32,000 bases of DNA from Candidatus Thorarchaeota archaeon (GCA_008080745.1 SHMX01000001.1:636890-668889); one strand, 5' to 3'; shown: positions 18,895-28,235, counted from the first letter of the stretch. The notes: generated by a model not told the origin, from the letters alone. Translations and numbers: made by a program.

Positions 18895-19158
18895 CGATTT
18901 GAAACTCCTTTATTGTGTGAAAAGACAATGTGATTAAAATTCAGCTTGTCTGGATTATCAGAGGTCTAATCGAGGTATAAAGGAAATCTATTTTGTTGTG
19001 AAGTGTGTCTAAATGTCTAAATACCGTTTCTTATGTGCATTAAAATGGGCAGCAAGAAGCCCTTTTACTCCATAAACATTCGAGCCGAGTAAATGTAACA
19101 TTGTACTCTTGCAGAATATGTACCACTCCATCATCGAGAATCTTCTCCCATGAGGACT

Positions 19159-21876
19159 TCAATCAGTTCTGAATCTGGGAACACGTTTGGAAATGGTTTT
19201 CCAAACCTGCCCAATGATGAGAGGTGCCAAGCTCAATAGGATGATAATACCCCATCCCAAAAGACCTGGATCTACTAGACTAAGAAGAGTTGATAATCCA
19301 GGCAGATATACCGGGACTATTAGCAGAGGCACACAGAGTGCAATTGCAACCCAGACATAGGGGTTTGTTGTGACCTCATTGTTGAGAATATCAGACTCGG
19401 AGGACCTCATGTTGAACACATGCCAGAGTTGCGAGAAAGCCAGAGTCAGAAATACCATAGTTCCTACAACAGCCACACCTAGATTAAGGATGGAAGAGGA
19501 TACCATCGCAGTTACCAAAACAGCAGTGGTAATGATGGATCCATAACTTCCTATCGATAGCCAATGATTTTTAGTAATAATTGGCTCATCGGAACCTCGT
19601 GGTGGGCGATTCATAACGGTAGGATCACCTTCACCAACACCCAATGCTAAGGCAGGAAACACATCAGTAACTACATTCAGAAACAATATCTGCAGGGGCG
19701 TGATGGGTAATGGACCTGGTAGCAAGGAAAAGAGAGCAATCACTATAATTTCGCTCATGTTACATGATAGTAAATAGAGGACAAATCGCCGGATATTGTT
19801 AAAAATGACACGTCCTTCTTCGATAGCGTACACAATGGTTGAGAATCGATCATCTCTCAGGACTATATCCGCGGCTTCCTGGGCAACCTGGGTCCCTCTC
19901 ATACCCATTGCTACACCTATATCCGCTTTCTTCAGGGCCGGTGCATCATTTACTCCATCTCCTGTCATAGCAACAACACGGTTCTCGCGCTGATGCAGTT
20001 CCACCAAATCCAATTTCTGTTCAGGTGATACTCTCGCCATTACATTGGCGTTCAGAAGATTGGAACGTTCATCATCCGACAGGTGGTCTATATCTTCCAG
20101 TTCCTCTCCAAGAACCACTCTCGTTTCAGTATCAACTAGGCCAACCTCTTTCGCAATCTTCTCAGCAGTTTCAGGATGATCACCTGTCACCATCACAACC
20201 TGAATGCCTGCATTCTTACAAGAGCGGATGGAATCCTCAACCTCCGCCCGAGCAGGATCAAGAAGTCCTGCAAGTCCGAGGAAAGTCAAGTCTGAATAAG
20301 GATTAATCTCTTCATCATCGACACTCTTCTGTGCAAATCCAATGACTCGAAGACCATCACTTGCCAGCTCTTTGTTTCTTTTTCTCCATTCATCTCGTAC
20401 TGTATCATCTAATTCCTTCACGCCACTGCGGGTTAGAATGCTTGATGATACCTCCAACACTTCTTCAGGAGCTCCCTTTACAGAAACCATCAATTCGTCA
20501 TCATTACGGTTAAAACATGCCATCATTTTCAATTCGGGATCAAAGGCAATCTTCTTGACTCGTGGGAACTCGTCTAACAGTTCTTCAGGATCGAATCCTG
20601 CCTTCACACCCGCAACCAGTATTGCAATCTCCAAGGGTTCACCTATACTCTGCCCATCCTCTTTCAATTGCTCAGGCTCTGTAGATGCCTCATTAGCGAA
20701 CAATCCAACTTTGAGCAACTCCTGTATTATCTCATCTCTCTTGGGATCTATTGTTTTGTCATCTCTATGAAATTCACCCTTGAGGGCCATTCCGGTTCCC
20801 GTAACATTTGTGATACCAGACGCATCCCAAATCGTAGTCACGGTCATACGGCTCTCCGTGAGAGTGCCTGTCTTATCAGTACAGATAACACTAGTCGTCC
20901 CTAGAGTTTCCACAGAGGAGAGTCTATCAACAATGGCATTCCGTCGTGCCATCCTCCACATTCCTCTAGCTAATCCAAGAGTGGCAACCAGGGGCAGACC
21001 TTCGGGAACAGTAGCGATGGCAAGGGCAATGCCTGTTTCAATCATCAAAATTAATTCTCGACCTGCAAGAACTCCCATTAGAGTGACCAAAACACCAATA
21101 GAAAGAGTGACATAGACCAGATTGTGGCTCAGCTGATTGAGACGTTTCTCAAGGGGCGTCACAGCCTCCTCAGCTTTTTGAGTTAGGGAGGAGATTGTGC
21201 CAATCTCGGTCTGCATTCCAGTTCTCACGACGACACCCAGTCCAGAACCCCTTGTGACCGATGTACCCTTGTAAGCAATACAGGAACGATCAGCTGCTCT
21301 GGTATCAGGTTCATCTGGGTCCGTACTTTTGCTAACAGGGACCGATTCACCTGTTAGAGCTGATTCATCCATCTGCATTTTCGAGGTCTCTATCAATCGA
21401 AGATCAGCCACTACAAGGTCGCCACTCTCAATTCTGACGATATCGCCAGGTACGACTGTTTTTGCATCGACCTCTTTCAAGTCTCCATTACGTCGAACAG
21501 TGGCACTAACACTCTCTAGCTCTTGAAAAGCTTCCATCGATCTGATGGCTCGGTATTCTGTACCAAATCCAATTGTTGCATTGATTAGAATGACTACAAA
21601 AATGGCGAAAGCTTCCGCAGCATCACCAAGAAAAAAAGCTAGAAGGGATGCAAAGAAAAGAATACCAATCATAATGCTCTTGAACTGTTCTAGGAGGATA
21701 TCCCAGACACTTCTTTTGGCGACCTCTCGTAATCTATTATCACCATATTCTTCTCGTCGTTGTTTTGCATCATCGATATCCAAACCTTGCTCCGGATCAA
21801 CCTCCAAAGTTTCAAGTACGGTTTCCACCGATTTGCTCCAAGGTTTTTCTATTGCAATCTTCTTTTGAGTCATCAT
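19159..21876 (-). CDS. P-type ATPase, type II (Ca2+-transporting-like)
   Basis: TGES, PEGL, DKTGTLT, KGAPE, TGDGVNDAPALKKADIGVAMG. M5 SCNMSE and M6 NVVTD resemble SERCA Ca2+ ligands. Confidence 0.95.
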   Translation of the reverse strand: MMTQKKIAIEKPWSKSVETVLETLEVDPEQGLDIDDAKQRREEYGDNRLREVAKRSVWDILLEQFKSIMIGILFFASLLAFFLGDAAEAFAIFVVILINATIGFGTEYRAIRSMEAFQELESVSATVRRNGDLKEVDAKTVVPGDIVRIESGDLVVADLRLIETSKMQMDESALTGESVPVSKSTDPDEPDTRAADRSCIAYKGTSVTRGSGLGVVVRTGMQTEIGTISSLTQKAEEAVTPLEKRLNQLSHNLVYVTLSIGVLVTLMGVLAGRELILMIETGIALAIATVPEGLPLVATLGLARGMWRMARRNAIVDRLSSVETLGTTSVICTDKTGTLTESRMTVTTIWDASGITNVTGTGMALKGEFHRDDKTIDPKRDEIIQELLKVGLFANEASTEPEQLKEDGQSIGEPLEIAILVAGVKAGFDPEELLDEFPRVKKIAFDPELKMMACFNRNDDELMVSVKGAPEEVLEVSSSILTRSGVKELDDTVRDEWRKRNKELASDGLRVIGFAQKSVDDEEINPYSDLTFLGLAGLLDPARAEVEDSIRSCKNAGIQVVMVTGDHPETAEKIAKEVGLVDTETRVVLGEELEDIDHLSDDERSNLLNANVMARVSPEQKLDLVELHQRENRVVAMTGDGVNDAPALKKADIGVAMGMRGTQVAQEAADIVLRDDRFSTIVYAIEEGRVIFNNIRRFVLYLLSCNMSEIIVIALFSLLPGPLPITPLQILFLNVVTDVFPALALGVGEGDPTVMNRPPRGSDEPIITKNHWLSIGSYGSIITTAVLVTAMVSSSILNLGVAVVGTMVFLTLAFSQLWHVFNMRSSESDILNNEVTTNPYVWVAIALCVPLLIVPVYLPGLSTLLSLVDPGLLGWGIIILLSLAPLIIGQVWKTISKRVPRFRTD

Positions 21877-22048
21877 GAGAGACCTACTTCTGTAATCAGG
21901 AACCGATGGGAGAACATCTCCCAGTGTGATAATCCATCAGGCAAAACTAGGAGTATCTTTGGTAATCTTGTGCAATATCCTAGTAGTAAATTAACTATAA
22001 TATACTCATATTTAATATCTGTTCTAAGACAAAGGAAGAGTGAAATGT

Positions 22049-22816
22049 TCAAACGATATCAATGAGAGGATGCCACCGGGCAGGTAGTCCAAGATACATT
22101 CGAATATTGTAGATATGCTCACGTTCATGTTCCAAAAATCTACGAAGAACTTTTCGAGCAGTCCATCTCTCTTGAGGAAACTGTGTATATTCCGTTCGTG
22201 TGAAAATTGTATTTCCACAAGCGGGTACAATTTCTCTCAAAGTTAGAATACTGGCGGTTCTCACTTCATCAAGCCTTTCAATTATTGGGAGTTTGTCTAC
22301 ATCTGAATGAGGGATACTGAGGTGTTTCTCATATAGCCAATCCGTCTTGGGACCAAATCGAGAGAGGTAAAATTCTTCTGCGTTACAGATGTGATGTAGG
22401 ATATCGAGGATATTGCGTTTTTTTCCCTCAGGAATATCAAGAAGAGTTGATTCGGGAACGGTTCTGATCAAATCTAATAAATCTTGGCGATTATATCCCA
22501 TATTGCGGATGATTATATCTAATTCTGAATTGGAAACGGATTCCAAATCGAAAATAAAAAGTGCAACTTCTCCTCCCGAATCGCCCAGTTCTGATACTCC
22601 TTCAATAATTTCTGCTGGTTGTAATGCTCCATCATTCTGAGATTGTGTCAGAGAGGTATGAGATTCTAACCACCAGATCTGGAAGTCCAGCTCTTGTTGA
22701 AGACGTGCCATCAGCTCATGAAAGCTATTCCCTCTTGCATGAGTTCCAATCAATTCGATTATTCTTCCATACCACAAACCAGTCATACCAGTTTCTATTG
22801 CAGCAGAATAATTCAT
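22049..22816 (-). CDS. HicB-like N-terminal domain fused to a DinB-superfamily domain
   Basis: N-terminus 'WYGRIIELIGTHARGNSFHELMARL'; C-terminus 'ILHHICNAEEFY' and 'WTARKVLRRFLEHEREH'. Confidence 0.7.
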   Translation of the reverse strand: MNYSAAIETGMTGLWYGRIIELIGTHARGNSFHELMARLQQELDFQIWWLESHTSLTQSQNDGALQPAEIIEGVSELGDSGGEVALFIFDLESVSNSELDIIIRNMGYNRQDLLDLIRTVPESTLLDIPEGKKRNILDILHHICNAEEFYLSRFGPKTDWLYEKHLSIPHSDVDKLPIIERLDEVRTASILTLREIVPACGNTIFTRTEYTQFPQERWTARKVLRRFLEHEREHIYNIRMYLGLPARWHPLIDIV

Positions 22817-22911
22817 GTTTCTCAGAGAATCGGGTGCATGATTGTCAAGATATAAGGTTTTACAGAGTAAGGAAGGAGAAGAATGAAGTTCACAAGTAGT
22901 TAGAATTCAGA

Positions 22912-22955
22912 TAAAAAGAGAAACGAGTGCTCAGGTTGCTTCCAACGCGAGCACT
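22912..22955 (-). terminator. Intrinsic-type hairpin plus U-tract closing the micro-ORF cassette
   Basis: Minus strand: AGTGCTC-GC-GTTG-GAAG-CAAC-CT-GAGCACT followed by CGTTTCTCTTTTT. Confidence 0.65.
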
Positions 22956-23035
22956 TCACTGAGAGTGAGTTCACCGCTCTTGCTAGAGTCTTGGTGTTTT
23001 GGAGTCGATTGCTTATCTTGAACGCTTGAGTTCAT
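22931..23035 (-). CDS. Micro-ORF 3, 34 aa (MNSSVQDKQSTPKHQDSSKSGELTLSEVLALEAT)
   Basis: ATG 5 nt after the ORF2 stop with AGGAG upstream; its stop lies inside the terminator stem. Confidence 0.4.
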   Translation of the reverse strand: MNSSVQDKQSTPKHQDSSKSGELTLSEVLALEAT

Positions 23036-23040
23036 TGAGA

Positions 23041-23124
23041 TTATCTCCTGAAGTAAGCGTGGGTGATAGCCTTGGTTGAGGGGGACTTGGTGTCCTTGAT
23101 GATCTTGGTTTTAGAAACTGCCAT
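23041..23124 (-). CDS. Micro-ORF 2, 27-aa basic peptide (MAVSKTKIIKDTKSPSTKAITHAYFRR)
   Basis: SD GGAGGT embedded in the end of ORF1, ATG 6 nt after its stop; paralogous C-terminus; C-ending codon bias. Confidence 0.65.
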   Translation of the reverse strand: MAVSKTKIIKDTKSPSTKAITHAYFRR

Positions 23125-23130
23125 TGAGTT

Positions 23131-23235
23131 CTACCTCCGGTAGGTGTAAGCGTAGGACAGAGCCTTGGTGCTCTGGGTCTTACGGGTGTTGTTCTTTTTC
23201 TCGGATTCAGTTCGGGAGTTCTTTGCAAACGCCAT
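23131..23235 (-). CDS. Micro-ORF 1, 34-aa basic peptide (MAFAKNSRTESEKKNNTRKTQSTKALSYAYTYRR)
   Basis: Manual translation; GTGA-type SD spacing like other genes in the window; paralogous to ORF2. Confidence 0.65.
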   Translation of the reverse strand: MAFAKNSRTESEKKNNTRKTQSTKALSYAYTYRR

Positions 23236-23266
23236 GATTGTTCACAACATATACTCCTCCAAGTTA

Positions 23267-23274
23267 GTATATAA
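23267..23274. promoter_or_regulatory. TATA-box-like element in the divergent region (direction ambiguous)
   Basis: GTATATAA / TTATATAC about 30 nt upstream of micro-ORF 1; it could instead serve the + strand gene at 23391. Confidence 0.3.
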
Positions 23275-23390
23275 TGGAAAGCCACGATTATAGGACACAC
23301 AATGTAGTCACAATTTGTGACCATGAAAACCAAGTGCCATAACCTAAGAAGTAATCAATCAAATAATGAAGAGATAAACAGTGAGTTGGA

Positions 23391-23837
23391 TTGAGTCTAG
23401 AGAATGAAATTAAAACCTGGTTCTGGGTGCCCAAATTCTGGGTACCATTGTACTTGTTAGGATTGGTATTAGCTATTCTTTCACCAAGTTTAGTTATGTT
23501 GTCATGGGCTATTCCCATCATTATAGTTGTAGCAGCTGCCCCAATCATATACAAAAATCTTGTAGGCGGAGGTTGTAGTCTCAGATTTCAAATTTGTGCC
23601 TTAGTTAAAGGAATGGTAGCAGGTATATTGTTTGGAGGTCTATCACTATTAGCCGATATGATACTTCAAAATACTATATCATTGACGACTATGTCAATTG
23701 TCCTTGGTTTAGAAGGGGTATATTTGACTTGGTTTTTTGCAGGAGTAATTGGAGGTATCGGTGCTAGAATCATTGAGGTTCAACAGTACTCAACTGTTGG
23801 TACAATTCGTCCCATCGTAGAAACCAAAGATCACTAG
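23391..23837 (+). CDS. Hypothetical membrane protein (~4 TM)
   Basis: 148-aa hydrophobic ORF with TTG start. Confidence 0.7.
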   Translation: MSLENEIKTWFWVPKFWVPLYLLGLVLAILSPSLVMLSWAIPIIIVVAAAPIIYKNLVGGGCSLRFQICALVKGMVAGILFGGLSLLADMILQNTISLTTMSIVLGLEGVYLTWFFAGVIGGIGARIIEVQQYSTVGTIRPIVETKDH

Positions 23838-23893
23838 TCTACACAGTATGATTCATTCACAAGTACTATTCTAAAGAAAATGAATTGAAGATT

Positions 23894-25183
23894 ATGAGTG
23901 ATAATTCAGAGGTATCAAGTACTGGAGTCAATATTGGAAGAATTGTAGCATTATTTGGCGGTGTGATTCTTATCACTAGCGGTGTAAGATTCACCTATTT
24001 TGGATTATTACTTGCAACGATTATGCCAGTGACGGGAGTAATACTTGCAATAGTAGGTATGTTATCTGGAGTAGGAGTCCTACTTGGTATTCTTACCTAT
24101 CCTCGTTGGAACGTCACATCTATCGTTTTAATCATAATATCATCGATTTGGGGGATTTTTGTAAGCACAGGAATATTTCTAGGGCCAATATTAGGGGTGG
24201 GTGGTGGAATAATCTTATTGCTGTCCAAACGAATGTCTATTGGAAAGAGGAAACTTATCACATTGTTCCTAACCATATTGATTCTGATTCTACCGCTTCT
24301 AGGAATTATACGTTCCCAGTCTGAAGATTTTCAGTATATTATGGTAGGAGACACCAAAAGGCAATACCTGATTCATATCCCTGAGAGCTATAACGGTTCA
24401 GATGCAGTACCACTATTACTAGCCCTTCATGGTGGCGGTGGAAGTGCAAAAAGTATGCGAAATGCCAATGGTTTTGACGCAGTTGCGGACAAATATAATT
24501 TCATTCTTGTATATCCTGATGGAACAGGGGACATGTCATATCAGTTTCATACATGGAATTCCGGATATATTGATGCATATGCTTTCAAGAACAACATTGA
24601 CGATGTATTGTTCTTATCAACGCTCATTGATGAACTTCTTGACACCTATAACGTAAACAAGTCAAGAGTATACATGACTGGTCACTCTAATGGTGCTATG
24701 ATGACATATAGATTTGGAGCGGAGCATCCAGATTCTTTAGCTGCAATCGCTCCTGTGTCAGGTAGTATAGGAGGTAGGATGTCAGAAGAAAGTAATCTCT
24801 ATGTCATTCCTAGCCCTTCAGAACCACTCTCTGTAATCCATATCCATGGAAGATTAGATGAACAGGTCTTATATGAGGGGGGAAAAGGTGAGAAGGGATT
24901 CCTAACCGATCGAGTTGACCTATCAGTAAATGATTCAATACAATTTTGGATTAATCACAACAACTGTTCAAACAGCCCATCACTTGAAAAGAGTGATAAT
25001 GAACGTATCGAACTTGCTCGATTTGGTTCAGGTGAGAAAAATACTGAGGTTGCATTGATTACACTACTCTATGGAAGTCATGCATGGTCGAATATGAGTG
25101 CCGAGATTGCGCTTGAAGAATTCTATGCCACAAGCCTAGCCGAGTTGATATGGATTCAAGTTTCTCAATACAGTAGGGTATGA
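23894..25183 (+). CDS. LpqC/PHB-depolymerase-like esterase with N-terminal membrane domain
   Basis: LLALHGGGGS, YPDG, DDVLFL, RVYMTGHSNG, HGRLD, GSHAW; about 5 TM segments at the N-terminus. Confidence 0.88.
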   Translation: MSDNSEVSSTGVNIGRIVALFGGVILITSGVRFTYFGLLLATIMPVTGVILAIVGMLSGVGVLLGILTYPRWNVTSIVLIIISSIWGIFVSTGIFLGPILGVGGGIILLLSKRMSIGKRKLITLFLTILILILPLLGIIRSQSEDFQYIMVGDTKRQYLIHIPESYNGSDAVPLLLALHGGGGSAKSMRNANGFDAVADKYNFILVYPDGTGDMSYQFHTWNSGYIDAYAFKNNIDDVLFLSTLIDELLDTYNVNKSRVYMTGHSNGAMMTYRFGAEHPDSLAAIAPVSGSIGGRMSEESNLYVIPSPSEPLSVIHIHGRLDEQVLYEGGKGEKGFLTDRVDLSVNDSIQFWINHNNCSNSPSLEKSDNERIELARFGSGEKNTEVALITLLYGSHAWSNMSAEIALEEFYATSLAELIWIQVSQYSRV

Positions 25184-25261
25184 AAAACACTGAGAATCAT
25201 ATGCATGAGAAAAAAGACTGATTAGGTTGAAGGAATGAGAGAATCATAGGACTGATTACTT

Positions 25262-26374
25262 ATGGCTGATCAGAGCAAAGGAAAAATGCGATTCTTTGTA
25301 CCCGCTGTTGCAGTTGTTGCGGGGGCATCTATACTATCCATAGTACAGGTTATATTAATCGTAATTGACGGAGTAGTACCCTTTCTTTCAGAAGAAGGGA
25401 TAATACGATCACTTCAAGTTACATTAGTGGGACAATTAGTGGGAGCTATCATCGTTGCACTAATCTTCATCCCCATGTTTGGTCTAAGAGATGTGAAAAC
25501 AGAATCTCTTAGTTCTGAGGGCTTTAAACGTACCTTTCTCACAGTACCCATAATACTCACATTTGCATTTTTAGTAAATCTGTTAATACTGCTTCTCTTT
25601 TCACTGCTTGGTTGGACCTCTGAGAGTGGATATACGGGAGTCCTATATCTTGAATTAGAACATTTAGCGAATCCATGGAATATCGTGGTGTTTTTCGCAG
25701 TGGGTTGTTTGGGTGCACCCCTCTATGAAGAATTACTCTATAGGAGAACAGCAATACCCTTGATGGAAAAAAGAGGAATGAACGAGGGTGAAGCGATTCT
25801 AGGGTCGACCACACTATTTGCTCTGGCTCATGTACCTCTAGATCTAATGAATGGGAATGTACCAGGTGCAATCCAACACTTCATTGGTGTCTTTGTTATT
25901 GGTTTATTCATTGGTATCGTCTATGTAATGACGAGAAATGTGGTTTATCCCATAATCATTCATGCCATTGTGAATGGACTATCATTTATCGCATACATAG
26001 GAACTGTAGATGCTTCTTTGATTTCTTTCGCTTTATTTGTAGGGGTACTATACTTGATTATGCTCCCCATCGGAGCATATATGGCTTACAAAAAGCTTGG
26101 TGGATGGATTGCAAAAGTAACCGAGAATCTTGATAATGTCAAGTCTCTATCTTTTGTTGTCATGGTGATCATCTATCTGATAGGCATCTCGATATTCCCA
26201 TTTCTGCAAGCTATAGCAGCCCTCATTCTTGGAGATGCTGTTCTGACACCCGAAGGATTTACCATCTACCTTTCAATTCTTCTTATCAGTTACCTATTGA
26301 TTGGTGTAATTCTTTTTATTGTGGCTCTAGTCAAATCTGGAAACGAATCCCCCTATCAAGAAGAGGGAAATTGA
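25262..26374 (+). CDS. CPBP intramembrane glutamic endopeptidase
   Basis: EELLYR, FALAH, HAIVN. Confidence 0.9.
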   Translation: MADQSKGKMRFFVPAVAVVAGASILSIVQVILIVIDGVVPFLSEEGIIRSLQVTLVGQLVGAIIVALIFIPMFGLRDVKTESLSSEGFKRTFLTVPIILTFAFLVNLLILLLFSLLGWTSESGYTGVLYLELEHLANPWNIVVFFAVGCLGAPLYEELLYRRTAIPLMEKRGMNEGEAILGSTTLFALAHVPLDLMNGNVPGAIQHFIGVFVIGLFIGIVYVMTRNVVYPIIIHAIVNGLSFIAYIGTVDASLISFALFVGVLYLIMLPIGAYMAYKKLGGWIAKVTENLDNVKSLSFVVMVIIYLIGISIFPFLQAIAALILGDAVLTPEGFTIYLSILLISYLLIGVILFIVALVKSGNESPYQEEGN

Positions 26375-26387
26375 ATCCCCATTGCTT

Positions 26388-26417
26388 AGTCCGACGAGGT
26401 TAATATCTTGTCGGGCT
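26388..26417 (+). terminator. RNA hairpin downstream of the CPBP gene
   Basis: AGTCCGACGAG-N8-CTTGTCGGGCT: 11 pairs including two G-U wobbles that only work on the + strand. Confidence 0.55.
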
Positions 26418-26443
26418 ATGGCACTCTATCCTAGGTGTTTGTA

Positions 26444-27229
26444 ATGGGTTGCCATGTTGAGCTTGATATAGACCAACCACTAATAAGATCACAACTCATT
26501 AGATTGGTAAGTTTCATTCATATTGGTAAAGCAATGGTATTCATTACACTCTATGCAATCGTGCCAGAGTTATTCATCCTCATTACTGGAATAATCCTCC
26601 TTGAAGTACTAGTTGCCCGCTGGTTTTGGAGTATGAAGATAGAAGCATGGGGAATTACTCTTGGTTTCGCCTTATTGCATATCATCTTTCCAGTCACTTT
26701 TTCAGTATCACCAGCGGTATGGTTTCTTCTCGTAAGTTCTAGTCTAATAGAGATTCCAATTCTCTGGAAAATAAGGTCTAATGGATATTACAGTTTCATT
26801 ACCATGGCAATCCTTGATAAAGAAACTAAACGCACCGCAGGTGCTCTTCAGAAAATGATGTTCAATCTTACATTTCTCGCTCAGATTCTCAAAACAGTGT
26901 TTATTTGGATAGGGATAGGAATCGTATCTACTCAAATCGGAATTCTTGACTCAATTCCATGGCTTGGTATCATACCACAAATCCCCTTTGCTGCATTATT
27001 TGGATTCATTGATATTCTCACGACGATTGCATTCAAGAGGAGTAAAGACTGGGGATTCCATTTATTGACAACAATGTCTGTCTTGGGATTTGTAGAATAT
27101 ATGGTCACAGGATCGTTTCCGGTATTACTATTATCAATTTGGATAATCATGTTACTTACACCTTGTTGGGTCAAGGATGGCTTTTATCCCAATCTGCTCA
27201 CACAAGTAAAACAAGAAACTGGAGTATAA
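26444..27229 (+). CDS. Hypothetical polytopic membrane protein
   Basis: Hydrophobic ORF, ~8 TM; ATG with GGTG upstream (GTG 26435 alternative). Confidence 0.7.
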   Translation: MGCHVELDIDQPLIRSQLIRLVSFIHIGKAMVFITLYAIVPELFILITGIILLEVLVARWFWSMKIEAWGITLGFALLHIIFPVTFSVSPAVWFLLVSSSLIEIPILWKIRSNGYYSFITMAILDKETKRTAGALQKMMFNLTFLAQILKTVFIWIGIGIVSTQIGILDSIPWLGIIPQIPFAALFGFIDILTTIAFKRSKDWGFHLLTTMSVLGFVEYMVTGSFPVLLLSIWIIMLLTPCWVKDGFYPNLLTQVKQETGV

Positions 27230-27281
27230 TAAAACAGAGTAGATGTGATGCGTCCATTTCGGAAGCATCACAAACAGAAAT

Positions 27282-28235
27282 CTAATATTTCAAACCAAGG
27301 CGTTTGGACAATGTTTCAAGCATGTCCTTGGTCATGGCTGCTAAATCGTAATCTGGATTCCAACCCCATTCTTCACGAGCAGCACTGTCGTCAAGTGAAC
27401 GTGGCCATGACTCTGCAATCTTTTGTCGGAAATCCGGTTCATAATGAATCTCAAAGTCAGGAATATGTTTCTTGATTTCTGCAGCAATATCTGCAGGGGT
27501 GAAACTCATTGCAGTTACATTGAAGCTTCGATGTTCTAGGTTATCTTCTTTTGCTTCAATCAAATCAATTGTGGATTTGATACAATCGGGCATATACATC
27601 ATAGGAAGCATAGCATCCTCAGCAAGGAAACAAGTGTATTCTTTATTCTTCAGAGCTTCGTAGAAAATCTCGACGGCATAATCAGTAGTTCCTCCACCAG
27701 GAAGTGTTTCAGAACTGATTATTCCAGGGTATCTGAGAGAACGGAAATCAACTCCATATCGCTCTACGTAATATTCTCCCCACAATTCGATGAACACTTT
27801 GCTAACTCCATAAGCAGTTGTCGGACGCATAATCACATCATTAGGGGTGTTTTCTTTTGGTGTGCTAGGACCAAAAGCCGCAATAGAACTGGGAATCATG
27901 ACCTGATCCATTTTTAGAATCCTTGCAGCCTCAAGGACATTATAGGCACCCTCTACATTAGTACGATATGCTAGCTGAGGGTTTTTCTCACCCACCGCAG
28001 AAAGCACAGAGGCATTATGAATGATAATATCAATATCATAGTCAACAAGCATGTTGTGAAGATGATCATTGTCTAAAACATCAAGTCGATAGTATGGGCC
28101 ATCTTTCCGGAGAATTTCAGGAGGTTTTTTCCGTCCTGTAGCAATGACATTCTCTCCGCCATATCTCGCTCTTAATTCTTCAATTAGTTCTGTGCCAATC
28201 TGGCCGTAGCTGCCTGTCACTAGTATCCTTGTCAT
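27282..28235 (-). CDS. tdh: L-threonine 3-dehydrogenase, extended-SDR (NAD-dependent epimerase/dehydratase) type
   Basis: GSYGQIG, LSAVGEKNPQLAY, YGVSK, GGGTTDYAVEIF, SWPRSLDDSAAR. Confidence 0.85.
   Translation of the reverse strand: MTRILVTGSYGQIGTELIEELRARYGGENVIATGRKKPPEILRKDGPYYRLDVLDNDHLHNMLVDYDIDIIIHNASVLSAVGEKNPQLAYRTNVEGAYNVLEAARILKMDQVMIPSSIAAFGPSTPKENTPNDVIMRPTTAYGVSKVFIELWGEYYVERYGVDFRSLRYPGIISSETLPGGGTTDYAVEIFYEALKNKEYTCFLAEDAMLPMMYMPDCIKSTIDLIEAKEDNLEHRSFNVTAMSFTPADIAAEIKKHIPDFEIHYEPDFRQKIAESWPRSLDDSAAREEWGWNPDYDLAAMTKDMLETLSKRLGLKY

Noticed and set aside
19159-21876. ATPase gene seems GC-richer than its flanks (possible horizontal transfer)
   Set aside because: Hand-counted 60-nt lines ranged 42-58% versus 35-45% elsewhere. 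Too few samples, and no mobility signatures flank the gene.
23242-23260. GGAGGA followed by ATG-TTG-TGA in frame with micro-ORF 1 (uORF or Sec readthrough)
   Set aside because: Only two codons, no SECIS-like element seen, and probably upstream of the start site if the TATA is used.
23013-23333. Track ORF of 106 aa with repeated PRL[CS]PTLT
   Set aside because: It is the shadow frame of the micro-ORFs: it starts across the putative promoter, ignores the SD/ATG/stop structure at unit boundaries, and hits a stop in unit 3. It is not fully excluded, because some substitutions are synonymous in this frame too.
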